Below, piece by piece: positions 19,037 through 27,520 of a stretch of 64,000 nt of DNA. The stretch's first letter is position 1; the number at the start of each line of letters is the position of its first letter. The DNA is from Candidatus Poribacteria bacterium (GTDB taxonomy: Bacteria > Poribacteria > WGA-4E > GCA-2687025): positions 135,164 through 199,163 of the forward strand of contig JAPPNK010000026.1 in NCBI GenBank assembly GCA_028818695.1, given 5' to 3'. A program made the translations under genes and the position numbers. The notes under the pieces were generated by a model. It searched no databases, was not told the origin of the DNA, and was given only the letters and a program-made list of their open reading frames with translations.

Positions 19037-20070
19037 CCGTCATCCCCCTCGGCAACGTTGGCTGTGATCAAATACACCTCGGACGGATCAACGCCGCCAT
19101 GCTTCAGCAAAACATTAATGTTGTTTCGGGCGATCTTTGGCCATATGTCATGCTTTTCGACAAAGTATCGGCCGTTCTGGATGCTTTCAGGACTTACCAT
19201 CGGCTTTCCATTCCGATGAACCTCGGAAGTGTGAATGATGTACCTACCGGTAGACGCAAACATCCGTATCGGTATATTCTCGTCGGTCAACTTTTGATTT
19301 TGAAACAGCCATTCCGCTGTCGCTACCATCAGCCCCGCCCATTTATGGTCTTCGTCCGTTGGCGCAATTTCGCTTCCGTCTGGAAAACGAAGCGCCTTCG
19401 GGATCGCTTTCCATAACGGGGAGCTGTATCCGACCGCTTTGTACTCCGATATCGGCGTCGATTTTTCAGAAGGATCCGATTCTGATTTTTGGGTCGACTC
19501 TGTATCGGGCAGGGAGTCAGGTTCTTCGTCTTCTGGGACGTGTATTTCAATAATCGGCGGATTGACCTTCTTCACTTTGCCCGACGCTAAATTTAGCCGC
19601 CAGAGCGTCAGCAATTCCAGCGCGCATTCATGCGCCTCATCCTTCGAGATGGAGACGTTTATCATCCGCCGGTCGTTGAGATGTCCGCGCTCAAAGACGC
19701 TGTACAGCTCCCACTTATCGCCGTTGGTCAAACCCGCATACTCAATGCCCTCAGTGTTGGCGTAGTTGAGCATCTGCATGCGATGGTTGTCCAACGCCTC
19801 GCCCAGTTTTTTCGCCTCAAAGACGGCGGCGGGCTTGTCGTCCCCGTCTAGCAGGGCGTAATCGGCGCGCAGATTGCCGACATTGTATTCCAGCGTGACA
19901 AGCGCAGGATCGCCGGGATCCCATCCGAGCGCTTTGAGGATCGGGTTGATGAGCGCCCCGCGCGTCCGCGTTTCATTCTCGCTCAATGTCTGCCGATGTT
20001 GCTCGATTCGTTCTTTGACCGTTTCAATCGCTTCGATGAGAGGTTCTAACACCGCGCCTCTTTCTAACAA
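19033..20070 (-). CDS. HsdR-N-like PD-(D/E)xK nuclease-fold protein with one copy of the same C-terminal domain (paralogue B)
   Basis: ETRTRGALINPILKALGWD ... ADYALLDGDDKPAAVFEAKK (D...EAK). 4-nt overlap with the paralogue A start; divergently transcribed from the Gp37/Gp68 gene. Confidence 0.6.
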   Translation of the reverse strand: MLERGAVLEPLIEAIETVKERIEQHRQTLSENETRTRGALINPILKALGWDPGDPALVTLEYNVGNLRADYALLDGDDKPAAVFEAKKLGEALDNHRMQMLNYANTEGIEYAGLTNGDKWELYSVFERGHLNDRRMINVSISKDEAHECALELLTLWRLNLASGKVKKVNPPIIEIHVPEDEEPDSLPDTESTQKSESDPSEKSTPISEYKAVGYSSPLWKAIPKALRFPDGSEIAPTDEDHKWAGLMVATAEWLFQNQKLTDENIPIRMFASTGRYIIHTSEVHRNGKPMVSPESIQNGRYFVEKHDIWPKIARNNINVLLKHGGVDPSEVYLITANVAEGDDG

Positions 20071-20131
20071 GTTTTAAGACATGCTTGGCATTCTAGCGCG
20101 CTTTTTGCGCTGCCGCAAACCCGTTTCGCTC

Positions 20132-20160
20132 TTGACACCCAACCGCGCTGTCCATACAGT
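20132..20160 (+). promoter_or_regulatory. candidate sigma70-like promoter for the Gp37/Gp68 gene
   Basis: TTGACA - 17 nt - TACAGT, about 41 nt upstream of ATG 20202, in a divergent intergenic region. Confidence 0.25.
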
Positions 20161-20201
20161 ATCTACAAGACGAGATTTGTATCGGCTTAGGGCAAACCGC
20201 A

Positions 20202-21008
20202 ATGTCATCGATTGAGTGGACAGACGCAACATGGAACCCTGTAACCGGATGCAGCCGAGTTTCCCCCGGCTGCGACAACTGCTATATGTTCGCCATGTAC
20301 CCCCGTCTGCGGGCGATGAACGTTAACGGCTACGAAACCTCGCCTGACGACGTCCAGATGATGCGGGGGCGGCTGAACGCCCCCTTGTCATGGGTGAAGC
20401 CGCGCCTCGTCTTTGTCAACAGCATGTCTGACCTGTTTCATCCGAAGGTTGATTTTGAGTTCATTGCCGAGATCTTTCATGTGATGCAGGAGGCGTCGGA
20501 GCGGCGGGGGCATCTGTTTCAGGTGTTGACAAAGCGGCCGGGGCGCGCTGTCGCATGGTGGAAGCGGTATGCGGGCGAGTTTTCGGACAGCTGGCCGGAG
20601 CGCGTGTGGATCGGCGTTTCGGTTGAGACGCAGAAATATGCGCCGCGTTTGACGGTGTTGTCCCGCTTGCCGGCGAAGGTGCGGTTTGTGTCGGCGGAGC
20701 CGCTTCTGGGAGAGCTGGATCTGTCGGAATGGCTGGAGGCGGGGGAGCTTCATTGGGTGATCGCCGGCGGAGAGAGCGGAGCGGGCGACCGACCGATGAA
20801 ATTGGAATGGGCGCGTCGGCTGCGCGATCAATGTTTAGCGTCGGGCGTCCCCTTCTTTTTAAAGCAGCTGGGCGGCGTCTGGAATAGACGGCGAGGCGAC
20901 GCCGCTGTATTGGACGGACGGCGCTGGAAGGAGACGCCTACTTGTCAAAGCTCTTCCCATATCTATTCATACGGCGCTTCAAAAAGATCTAATCATATCT
21001 TATTTTAA
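20202..21008 (+). CDS. phage Gp37/Gp68 family protein (DUF5131) with three-Cys motif
   Basis: N-terminal IEWTDATWNPVTGC...PGCDNCY (C-x6-C-x2-C) is the hallmark of Pfam Phage_Gp37Gp68; about 265 aa. Confidence 0.8.
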   Translation: MSSIEWTDATWNPVTGCSRVSPGCDNCYMFAMYPRLRAMNVNGYETSPDDVQMMRGRLNAPLSWVKPRLVFVNSMSDLFHPKVDFEFIAEIFHVMQEASERRGHLFQVLTKRPGRAVAWWKRYAGEFSDSWPERVWIGVSVETQKYAPRLTVLSRLPAKVRFVSAEPLLGELDLSEWLEAGELHWVIAGGESGAGDRPMKLEWARRLRDQCLASGVPFFLKQLGGVWNRRRGDAAVLDGRRWKETPTCQSSSHIYSYGASKRSNHILF

Positions 21009-21068
21009 TTCGGCGATGCCTGCAAGCGCCGGACAGTCTCTAAAGGCGATGGCATTGATTTTAGAGTC

Positions 21069-21127
21069 GTTTTGGAATGCGGAGGCCGTCTAAGAGAACT
21101 CTAGATTCCCGCTTTCGCGGGAATGGC
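21069..21127. repeat. solo MITE core sub-repeat fragment
   Basis: TTTGGAATGCGGAGGCCGTCTAAGAGAACTCTAGATTCCCGCTTTCGCGGGAATGGC matches the 59-bp sub-repeat at 12480-12650. Confidence 0.55.
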
Positions 21128-21306
21128 AAGTACCCGATTTGAACAGGATTTTCGTACATCATCGTCTGCAGAGGCTATCAAGCGCCGCGGCGCATCCTGT
21201 CAATCTTTTCCGTCTTTCTAATCCTAGTTCCGACAAGAGGCGCCTGGGCATGAATAGTAAGGGATGAGAGAAAAGGAACAGAGAAGAAAGGTTATAAACG
21301 TTCCAA

Positions 21307-21759
21307 TTATCGCAACCTGCGTTCTCTCTCTTCGCGGCTTCGTTGGCGCATTTCGATGGCGAGTTGGCGTTTGGCGCGTTCCCGCTCTCGGATTCGGCGT
21401 CGTTCTTGCGACCGTTTTTCGATGGCGGACAGCGGTCGGTTTCGGTTTCGGCGCCACTGAAAACGCACAGGCACGCGCGGCTTCGGCATCGGTATCTTCT
21501 GCAGCAGCTCGCGCAGTTTGACGATCCAGCCCGGTATGGAGCGCGCCTTGCGCCCGTGTCCGCACAGCTGAATCGGCAGCCCGCGCGCGCGTTCCTTCTC
21601 GCCGAGGTTGAACTCGCACGAGGCGCAATCGCCGCTGTCGCGCAGGAAGCCCGACAACATTGGGCATGCGACGCAGACGCGCTGCCCGATCTGCTTTCGG
21701 CGTATCTTGCGCGGACGCGCCTCAAAAAACCGCTCTATCAAACGCATCGGACTATTCAT
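21307..21759 (-). CDS. hypothetical Cys-rich (zinc-ribbon-like) protein with Arg-rich tail; doubtful
   Basis: CVACP...CASCEF...LCGHG pattern; 8-nt overlap with the upstream nuclease-like gene. The Arg-rich C-terminal half may be GC-rich noise. Confidence 0.25.
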   Translation of the reverse strand: MNSPMRLIERFFEARPRKIRRKQIGQRVCVACPMLSGFLRDSGDCASCEFNLGEKERARGLPIQLCGHGRKARSIPGWIVKLRELLQKIPMPKPRVPVRFQWRRNRNRPLSAIEKRSQERRRIRERERAKRQLAIEMRQRSREERERRLR

Positions 21760-22741
21760 TGCCCCGCCTTGGGCTTGCCTCTTCTTCGGTCGGCGCGGCG
21801 ATAGGCAGGTCAGGCTTGCCCGCCCGTTCCCATGCCGTCAGCCAAAACCGCGCGGCCGTCTCCGCCGCTTTGCTGATCTGCGACTCCAGCGTCTCTCCGC
21901 TCATGATCCACAGCCGCCTGAAATACTCGTCGTTCTTTTCTAGGTTTCCTGTCAAGCCGCTCCGCGCCCTGCGGTCATGGTTCAACAGCAAAAAATGGAG
22001 CGCATACGAGTCCATGACCGCCTCAAAGACAGCGTCATACGGCTTTTCAACCGTCTGCCCCGCCTCAATCTTGGGCGCCGCCGCCGCTTTCAGTTGCGCC
22101 TCGTACCGCTGCACTAGGTTCCATTCCCACAGCGCGTCCGCGTGCGGCTGCCCCGTTTTCCTGCCGTTGAAGTTCATGACGCAGTGGTAGGGCTGGTAAG
22201 GCTTGGCGGCGTAAAACGCATGCGCTCCGAGCGCGGCGGCGATCCGCTCCGAATCCTCCGACCTGAACGCCTCCGTCACAACATCCAGATAGGACACAAT
22301 CCGCCACGGCAGACGTCCATACTTGTCAAACGTCTCCTCCCCAAACTTCTCTACCGCCGCCTCATAATCGCGCGGCAGCTCGTTGAACGGGTAGGGTCCG
22401 AACCCTTCATAGTCGATGTCGAAATAGTGGTTTGCGTGTTCGTTTTGATGTTTTGGGTCGTCGCTCTCGCGCCACAGGTACGGGTCGATAGCGTGTTGAA
22501 CGATCTTGTCCTGGTTCTCGATAAAGAAGGCGCGGACCGGCTCCGGCATCGCCTCGCACGCTTTTTGGGCGATGAGTCGGTGCGCCTCATGCCCCCATCC
22601 ATGCGCGGCGCCCGCCGCCAACAAGAACGCCCCAAACGCCGCCAAACGCCGAACACTCCATCGAACCATACGCGCCCTTTCTAAACGGCAAACGCCTATC
22701 CGCTTCTTGTTCAGTGTATCCAAAAGCGGCGGCGCGCGCAA
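21752..22741 (-). CDS. secreted S1/P1 nuclease / zinc-dependent phospholipase C superfamily protein
   Basis: Signal peptide ending AAHG, then mature N-terminal WGHEAH (N-terminal Trp-His zinc ligands typical of S1/P1 nuclease and PLC folds). Further His/Asp clusters (HANHYFD, HAFYAAKP). Confidence 0.5.
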   Translation of the reverse strand: MRAPPLLDTLNKKRIGVCRLERARMVRWSVRRLAAFGAFLLAAGAAHGWGHEAHRLIAQKACEAMPEPVRAFFIENQDKIVQHAIDPYLWRESDDPKHQNEHANHYFDIDYEGFGPYPFNELPRDYEAAVEKFGEETFDKYGRLPWRIVSYLDVVTEAFRSEDSERIAAALGAHAFYAAKPYQPYHCVMNFNGRKTGQPHADALWEWNLVQRYEAQLKAAAAPKIEAGQTVEKPYDAVFEAVMDSYALHFLLLNHDRRARSGLTGNLEKNDEYFRRLWIMSGETLESQISKAAETAARFWLTAWERAGKPDLPIAAPTEEEASPRRGNE

Positions 22742-22865
22742 ATCCTGCTGGGACGCCTAAGCTTCCCGTTTTCACAGGATGACGATTTCGCTCTTCTGTA
22801 ACCCGTTCCCGCTTAACTCGTTTATTTAAGCGCGACCGCTTTATTGATTGCAAGGAGAAATGCGC

Positions 22866-23279
22866 ATGGCTGGCGTCTATCTGTATTTCAACGGCAACTG
22901 CCGAGAAGCGTTTGAGTTTTATAAGTCCGCTTTCGGCGGCGAGTTTTCATCCGTCTCCGTCTTCCGCGACGCCCCCATTGAGATGCCCGGCATTCCCGAA
23001 GCGGATATGGACAACATCATGCATATCTGCTTGCCGGTCGGCGGCGGCGAGCTGAGGGGCAGCGATCTTCCGGAGTCCTTCGATCTGCGCCCCGGCAACA
23101 ACTTCGCCGCCAACGTCTTTCTTGAAACGCGGGAGGAGGCGGAGGCTGTCTTTGAGGCGCTGTCGGAGGGCGGCGTCGTTTATCAGCCGATGGAAGACGC
23201 CTTCTGGGGCGGTTACTTCGGCGCCTGCGCGGATCGGTTCGGCGTCAACTGGCATATCAACTGCGGCGGCGACTCGTGA
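22866..23279 (+). CDS. VOC (glyoxalase/bleomycin-resistance, PhnB/YjdN-like) family protein
   Basis: MAGVYLYFNGNCREAFEFY...FWGGYFG...DRFGV.W resembles the PF06983-type VOC fold; start moved to the Met at 22866. Confidence 0.7.
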   Translation: MAGVYLYFNGNCREAFEFYKSAFGGEFSSVSVFRDAPIEMPGIPEADMDNIMHICLPVGGGELRGSDLPESFDLRPGNNFAANVFLETREEAEAVFEALSEGGVVYQPMEDAFWGGYFGACADRFGVNWHINCGGDS

Positions 23280-23375
23280 CGACAGGGCGCGCGGCTTTGA
23301 CATCGGGTTTTTAGCGGCGGCTCGCGCAAACCTCGCGGCTCATCTACAAGCGCCTATCCCTCTGCTCGTTATCCC

Positions 23376-24557
23376 CTATCGGTCAAGATGAAAGATGACG
23401 CGAACAGATGATTCGTCCACTTCTAGCTCCGGCTCCGTGCCGTTGAACTCAAGCATTGCCTTGCGCATGATCGGCCAGCCTCGACCGCGTCGTTCCATGA
23501 GTTTCCGCTCCAACATATAGTTCGCTACCCATTCGTTTCTCGATCGGGGAATCGCTCCTGCGCGAACGCTGGCGGGCGTCATGCTGTTCGGCAGCGCGCC
23601 GGGGCTGGTAACCGCCGCCTGACGTGAAAACACTTCAAAAAGAATCTTGGATCCTATGACTGCATAATCGCGGTGAACAACTGCATTGACCAGCGCTTCC
23701 CTAACCGCTTTTAACGGCAGCAGATGCCTATCTTCTCGATATAAACCTTTGTAAACTTCTTGGCGTCCGAGACCTTGGAACCATCCCTCCGCGCGCTCCA
23801 CCTGTTCGTCCAGCCGCCCCTTCGCTTCGCTGACGATGATCGTCTCTGAAGCTCGATCGCCGCCCGCATAAGCGACGCATTCAATCCAAAAGTTGCCTGT
23901 TTGCGGATAGCGCTGCGGCTCGTTCCCGAACGCGAGAATTCCGTAGAGCGTCGCGCGCCGTTCGCCGTCAGATTCGGCAAGGACGCGGCGGTTGACAAGA
24001 TCGTTTTCCGGGCTTGGCTGAGGGTCTTCCTCCATATCAAGCCCATGCTCCCTCAGATAGTCTCGGAAGCATTCCAAGTTGATGCTTTCCACGCCGGCGG
24101 CTTTTAGGACGCGCTCTTCGGTCATGATATACCCGAAATCGTTGTATAGCCCTTGCAGCTCCGTTGGCGAAGGCTCAACGTTGCTGCGCCCTCGGCGAAC
24201 GAAGACCCTTCCTCCTGTGCGCATCGGTTCAAATCCGCGCTGTCGGGAAACCTCTATCCAGTGAACCCAGCCGTCAGAACTTTCATGACGGCCAAGGCGC
24301 GCGGACACAGGGGCGCTGCAGCCTGTCTGTAGGAATCCGGTCAACCGTTCTTGAACCTTTTCCGCGCCCTCTTTCACTCCGACGATCTCGCGCGTCTTGT
24401 TCTCCACCCCCAATATGACGACTCCGCCCCTCGTATTTGCGAACGCGCACATTGCCTCGCAAATTTTTTTGCCGTCTCCTATGCCTCGCTTGAATTCGAC
24501 CTGGTCGCCTTCACCCGATTCGATTCGTTCGAGTATTTCGAGCCATGTCATTTTCAT
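23376..24557 (-). CDS. AlbA_2 (Schlafen-like) DNA-binding domain + HATPase_c_4 protein
   Basis: N-terminal E..EFK...........AFANT.GG....GV (AlbA_2) and a C-terminal GHKL-like region ending RGRG; 0-10 nt from the upstream ATPase stop (operon). Confidence 0.65.
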   Translation of the reverse strand: MKMTWLEILERIESGEGDQVEFKRGIGDGKKICEAMCAFANTRGGVVILGVENKTREIVGVKEGAEKVQERLTGFLQTGCSAPVSARLGRHESSDGWVHWIEVSRQRGFEPMRTGGRVFVRRGRSNVEPSPTELQGLYNDFGYIMTEERVLKAAGVESINLECFRDYLREHGLDMEEDPQPSPENDLVNRRVLAESDGERRATLYGILAFGNEPQRYPQTGNFWIECVAYAGGDRASETIIVSEAKGRLDEQVERAEGWFQGLGRQEVYKGLYREDRHLLPLKAVREALVNAVVHRDYAVIGSKILFEVFSRQAAVTSPGALPNSMTPASVRAGAIPRSRNEWVANYMLERKLMERRGRGWPIMRKAMLEFNGTEPELEVDESSVRVIFHLDR

Positions 24558-24562
24558 GTCCT

Positions 24563-27361
24563 TCAAAACCCATACTTTACGCGCCGCAGATGAAAAGCAT
24601 AGCCTCCTCCGTCCACCGTTTGAACGATGGCATTGCGAACGGCTGGCTCTTCAATAGCTCCGTCCTGCTCAACCCAGCCATGATTCGCGGTCGCTTCCAG
24701 CTGAATGACCTGATCGGCGTCCCCGTTTACAACGATGTTCGCGTTATGCGTTGCGATAATGATCTGTCGGCGGCCTTTTAGCCGCTTCAACGCCGGCAGG
24801 ATAGCGTCAAATAGAAATCGGTTGTCTATTTCGTCTTCGGGCTGGTCAATCACTAGAGGACGGTTGTCGTCCGTCTCCAACAGCAAGGAGAGCAAGAGGC
24901 TCACCCGTTTGCCTCCAGAGAGCTGATCCAAAGGACGGTATTTGTCTTCTTCTATCTTCGACTCCAATAGATAGCGATCTCCGCAGCGAATCGCCTTTAA
25001 CTCGCGCAGTTTCGAGCGGGTAAGATTCTCTCTAAACGTAGATTGCACAGCGCCGCTCATTCCGACAGACGCTAAATCATCGTTTTCAAAAGCTGCGATC
25101 AACTTGCCGGACGACGGCCGTTCTTTCTGATCGTTCCACCACCTCGTCACTCCCCGCTGATTTAGATTCCTCACAAAGCGGTCAAGAGGCAGCAAATCTC
25201 CCTCGTCAATGCGGCGGGCGGAAATCTGGCCTTCAAACTTTTCAGCAATCGCTTTGATCGCCCGGTCGAAGGCGCGCCGCTGCTCTTCCGCCAGATGTTT
25301 TCTTTCTTCCAGCAGCTTTTCAAGCAAGCTTTCCTCTTTGCGGCGCGTTTCCTGTATTTCACGAAATGCCGCCTCATAACTCTCTAAAAGAGTCGCTTGA
25401 CGGCTCAGCGCCTGAAACTCATCAATCTTGGAGCTGTCCATGCCTTTGGCCGCGAGCTTACGGTTCATATCGCCGCGAACATTCTGCTCATTCGTTTTCA
25501 GAACATCCATGATGGATTCAATGACAGCGTCGGCATTGGTCAGCTCATCCATCGCGTCGCGAATCGAAGCGGCGATGCTTTTCCAACGCGCGCGAAACGC
25601 CTCCGCCTGTTCCTCCACGCCGGCCGCCAACAGCAGATCCGCCAAAGCGCCGTCAATATCGGGCATGTCAATACCTTCGGCAGATTGCAGCGCGCTGTGG
25701 ATTGCTTCGGCAAGATCTTTGGACGCTTCCGCGGAGTCCCGCCAACGCCCCAAGTCCCGCGACGCCCGATGATACTCTTCAATGCCGGCTTCCGAAAAGG
25801 CATCCAAGGCATCGGCGGCGCGGCGGCAGCGCTCACAGGACTGCTCTGCATCTGCAGCTTCTTCATCAAGTTGATCAATCCTCTTGGCAGCATTGCGCAG
25901 CTCATCATCCATCCCGCGCAGCCGCTCATCCCGCACTTCAATTTCGGCCGCCTCGGCAGCTGCGAACCGAGCAAGAACCTCGTCGACCGCATCAGGTTCT
26001 TGAGCGAGTCTTTGAAGTTCATTCTGCGAGAAAAATACGGCAGGCCAGCGGTCAAAATGCTCTGCTGTTGGATCGCCGCCCTTAAGTTCTAACGCGACAT
26101 CAGCCGAGCCGCTGCCGAGAAATCGCTTATAGCCGCGAGATTCGATCTGGTTTTTCAGCTTCTCCATATCATTGCGCTGGTCGTCATCAGGATTATTGCC
26201 AGGCTTTACTTTAGGAAGGGGGGCTCCGATATGAACACGGAGGCCGTCAAGAAACGTGCTTTTACCGGTCATGCTGCCGCCAATGATGCATGTCAAATCG
26301 GGGTGAAAGTCGAAGCGCGTTCCCGAATCGCCGCCAAAGAACGAAGCTTTGCCTTTGACCGTGACCGATCTTAGCCAAGAGTGCTCGCGCGCTGTCTCAT
26401 CGGGCGAGTCTGAAATCTCGACCAGTTTTCCGCTCTCGCTGCGTTCATAAGCGATGCGTATCCGCGAATCGCCGGCGAGAAACGCTTGGCGCAGCGCTTC
26501 GATCCGCGGGCTGGCGAGCTTGAACCAAGTATATTGATTGCCAATTTCCTCAACCAAATTTGCGTCGCTGCAGTGGAACAACGCGTCACGGTACTTTTTC
26601 TTTAAATCATGGTCATTTGAGAACCGATGGTCTTCCAAGACATCTTCAGGAAGCTTTTTGCTGTTAAGGCCTAGACCCGTTAATTCGTCGTGCGGAAAGG
26701 TATCCCAGACTTGCGCTCTTTGCTCCTTTAAAAGGCCTTTCTTGGAAAAGATATGAGGGGCGAGCGCAATATAGCTCCACGGGTTATCTCTGTCATGAAA
26801 CTCACGTAGTTCTTTAAACGCTTCCTTTGCTCTATAGCTAGATATTTGAAGCTCATTGCTTTTCCAAGGTTGCCTGTTCTTCATGACAAGATCGAATGCG
26901 CTTAAATAGGCGTTGCGCCCGATTTCGGGGTCAAACAGAAAAAGCATATGCAGCCCGCCATGACCGTCATGAAGCGACGGCTCGAAGCCTGGGAACACGG
27001 CGTATATCTTTTCTCGGAACGGCTTGCCATCGTCGTCATCGCCTTCGTTCCACTCCTGCACGATCTGCCATACCGCGCTCATGTCGCCGTGATCGCTCAT
27101 GCGCGGTCGGTGCGGCGTTAGACCGAGTACGCGGACGCCCTTTTTCACGGCATTTTGTAGAAATATTCGAGCGTAAGCGCGAAGCTCATCCTCTGACCAG
27201 TCTGATGACGCATTGCAAGGCGGGTTAACGCCTTCCGGAACCTTGACCTGGCAGCCAGGCAGGTCGTCTATCGTATGGATTTGAAGATCCGCCTTGAACC
27301 ACCGCGCGCCAGGCACCTCCTCCCGCCAAAAGTCCGTTTCGTTCCGCTCGAAATCTGCCAT
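24563..27361 (-). CDS. fusion of N-terminal PHP-type phosphoesterase domain with SMC/Rad50-like ABC ATPase (coiled-coil)
   Basis: N-terminus ADLQIHTIDD...LGLTPH...FPGFEPS (PHP-like motifs). Walker A IIGGSMTGKST (about 26255-26285). Long coiled-coil. ABC signature LSGGKRVSL (about 24893-24925). Walker B/D-loop LVIDQPEDEID (about 24824-24856). H-loop IIATHN. Confidence 0.7.
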   Translation of the reverse strand: MADFERNETDFWREEVPGARWFKADLQIHTIDDLPGCQVKVPEGVNPPCNASSDWSEDELRAYARIFLQNAVKKGVRVLGLTPHRPRMSDHGDMSAVWQIVQEWNEGDDDDGKPFREKIYAVFPGFEPSLHDGHGGLHMLFLFDPEIGRNAYLSAFDLVMKNRQPWKSNELQISSYRAKEAFKELREFHDRDNPWSYIALAPHIFSKKGLLKEQRAQVWDTFPHDELTGLGLNSKKLPEDVLEDHRFSNDHDLKKKYRDALFHCSDANLVEEIGNQYTWFKLASPRIEALRQAFLAGDSRIRIAYERSESGKLVEISDSPDETAREHSWLRSVTVKGKASFFGGDSGTRFDFHPDLTCIIGGSMTGKSTFLDGLRVHIGAPLPKVKPGNNPDDDQRNDMEKLKNQIESRGYKRFLGSGSADVALELKGGDPTAEHFDRWPAVFFSQNELQRLAQEPDAVDEVLARFAAAEAAEIEVRDERLRGMDDELRNAAKRIDQLDEEAADAEQSCERCRRAADALDAFSEAGIEEYHRASRDLGRWRDSAEASKDLAEAIHSALQSAEGIDMPDIDGALADLLLAAGVEEQAEAFRARWKSIAASIRDAMDELTNADAVIESIMDVLKTNEQNVRGDMNRKLAAKGMDSSKIDEFQALSRQATLLESYEAAFREIQETRRKEESLLEKLLEERKHLAEEQRRAFDRAIKAIAEKFEGQISARRIDEGDLLPLDRFVRNLNQRGVTRWWNDQKERPSSGKLIAAFENDDLASVGMSGAVQSTFRENLTRSKLRELKAIRCGDRYLLESKIEEDKYRPLDQLSGGKRVSLLLSLLLETDDNRPLVIDQPEDEIDNRFLFDAILPALKRLKGRRQIIIATHNANIVVNGDADQVIQLEATANHGWVEQDGAIEEPAVRNAIVQTVDGGGYAFHLRRVKYGF

Positions 27362-27520
27362 AAAAACTCCTAAGTCCGCTGCTCAATCCTGCTCACGCGC
27401 AACAGCCCGACACCGCATTAAACTTGTATCCAATAAAGCCAGTTTGTCAAACTTATCTGCGCAAGCGTGAGCTTACAGGGAGGGAAGCGTCCATCCACAG
27501 CCCCGTCCCTCCGCTGCCTA

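Noticed and set aside
27272-27289. Doubt about the PHP assignment because the first His of the PHP HxH motif is Gln (DLQIHT)
   Set aside because: Not rejected, but flagged. Other PHP-like motifs are present. It could be a degenerate or non-canonical metal site; needs HMM or structure confirmation.
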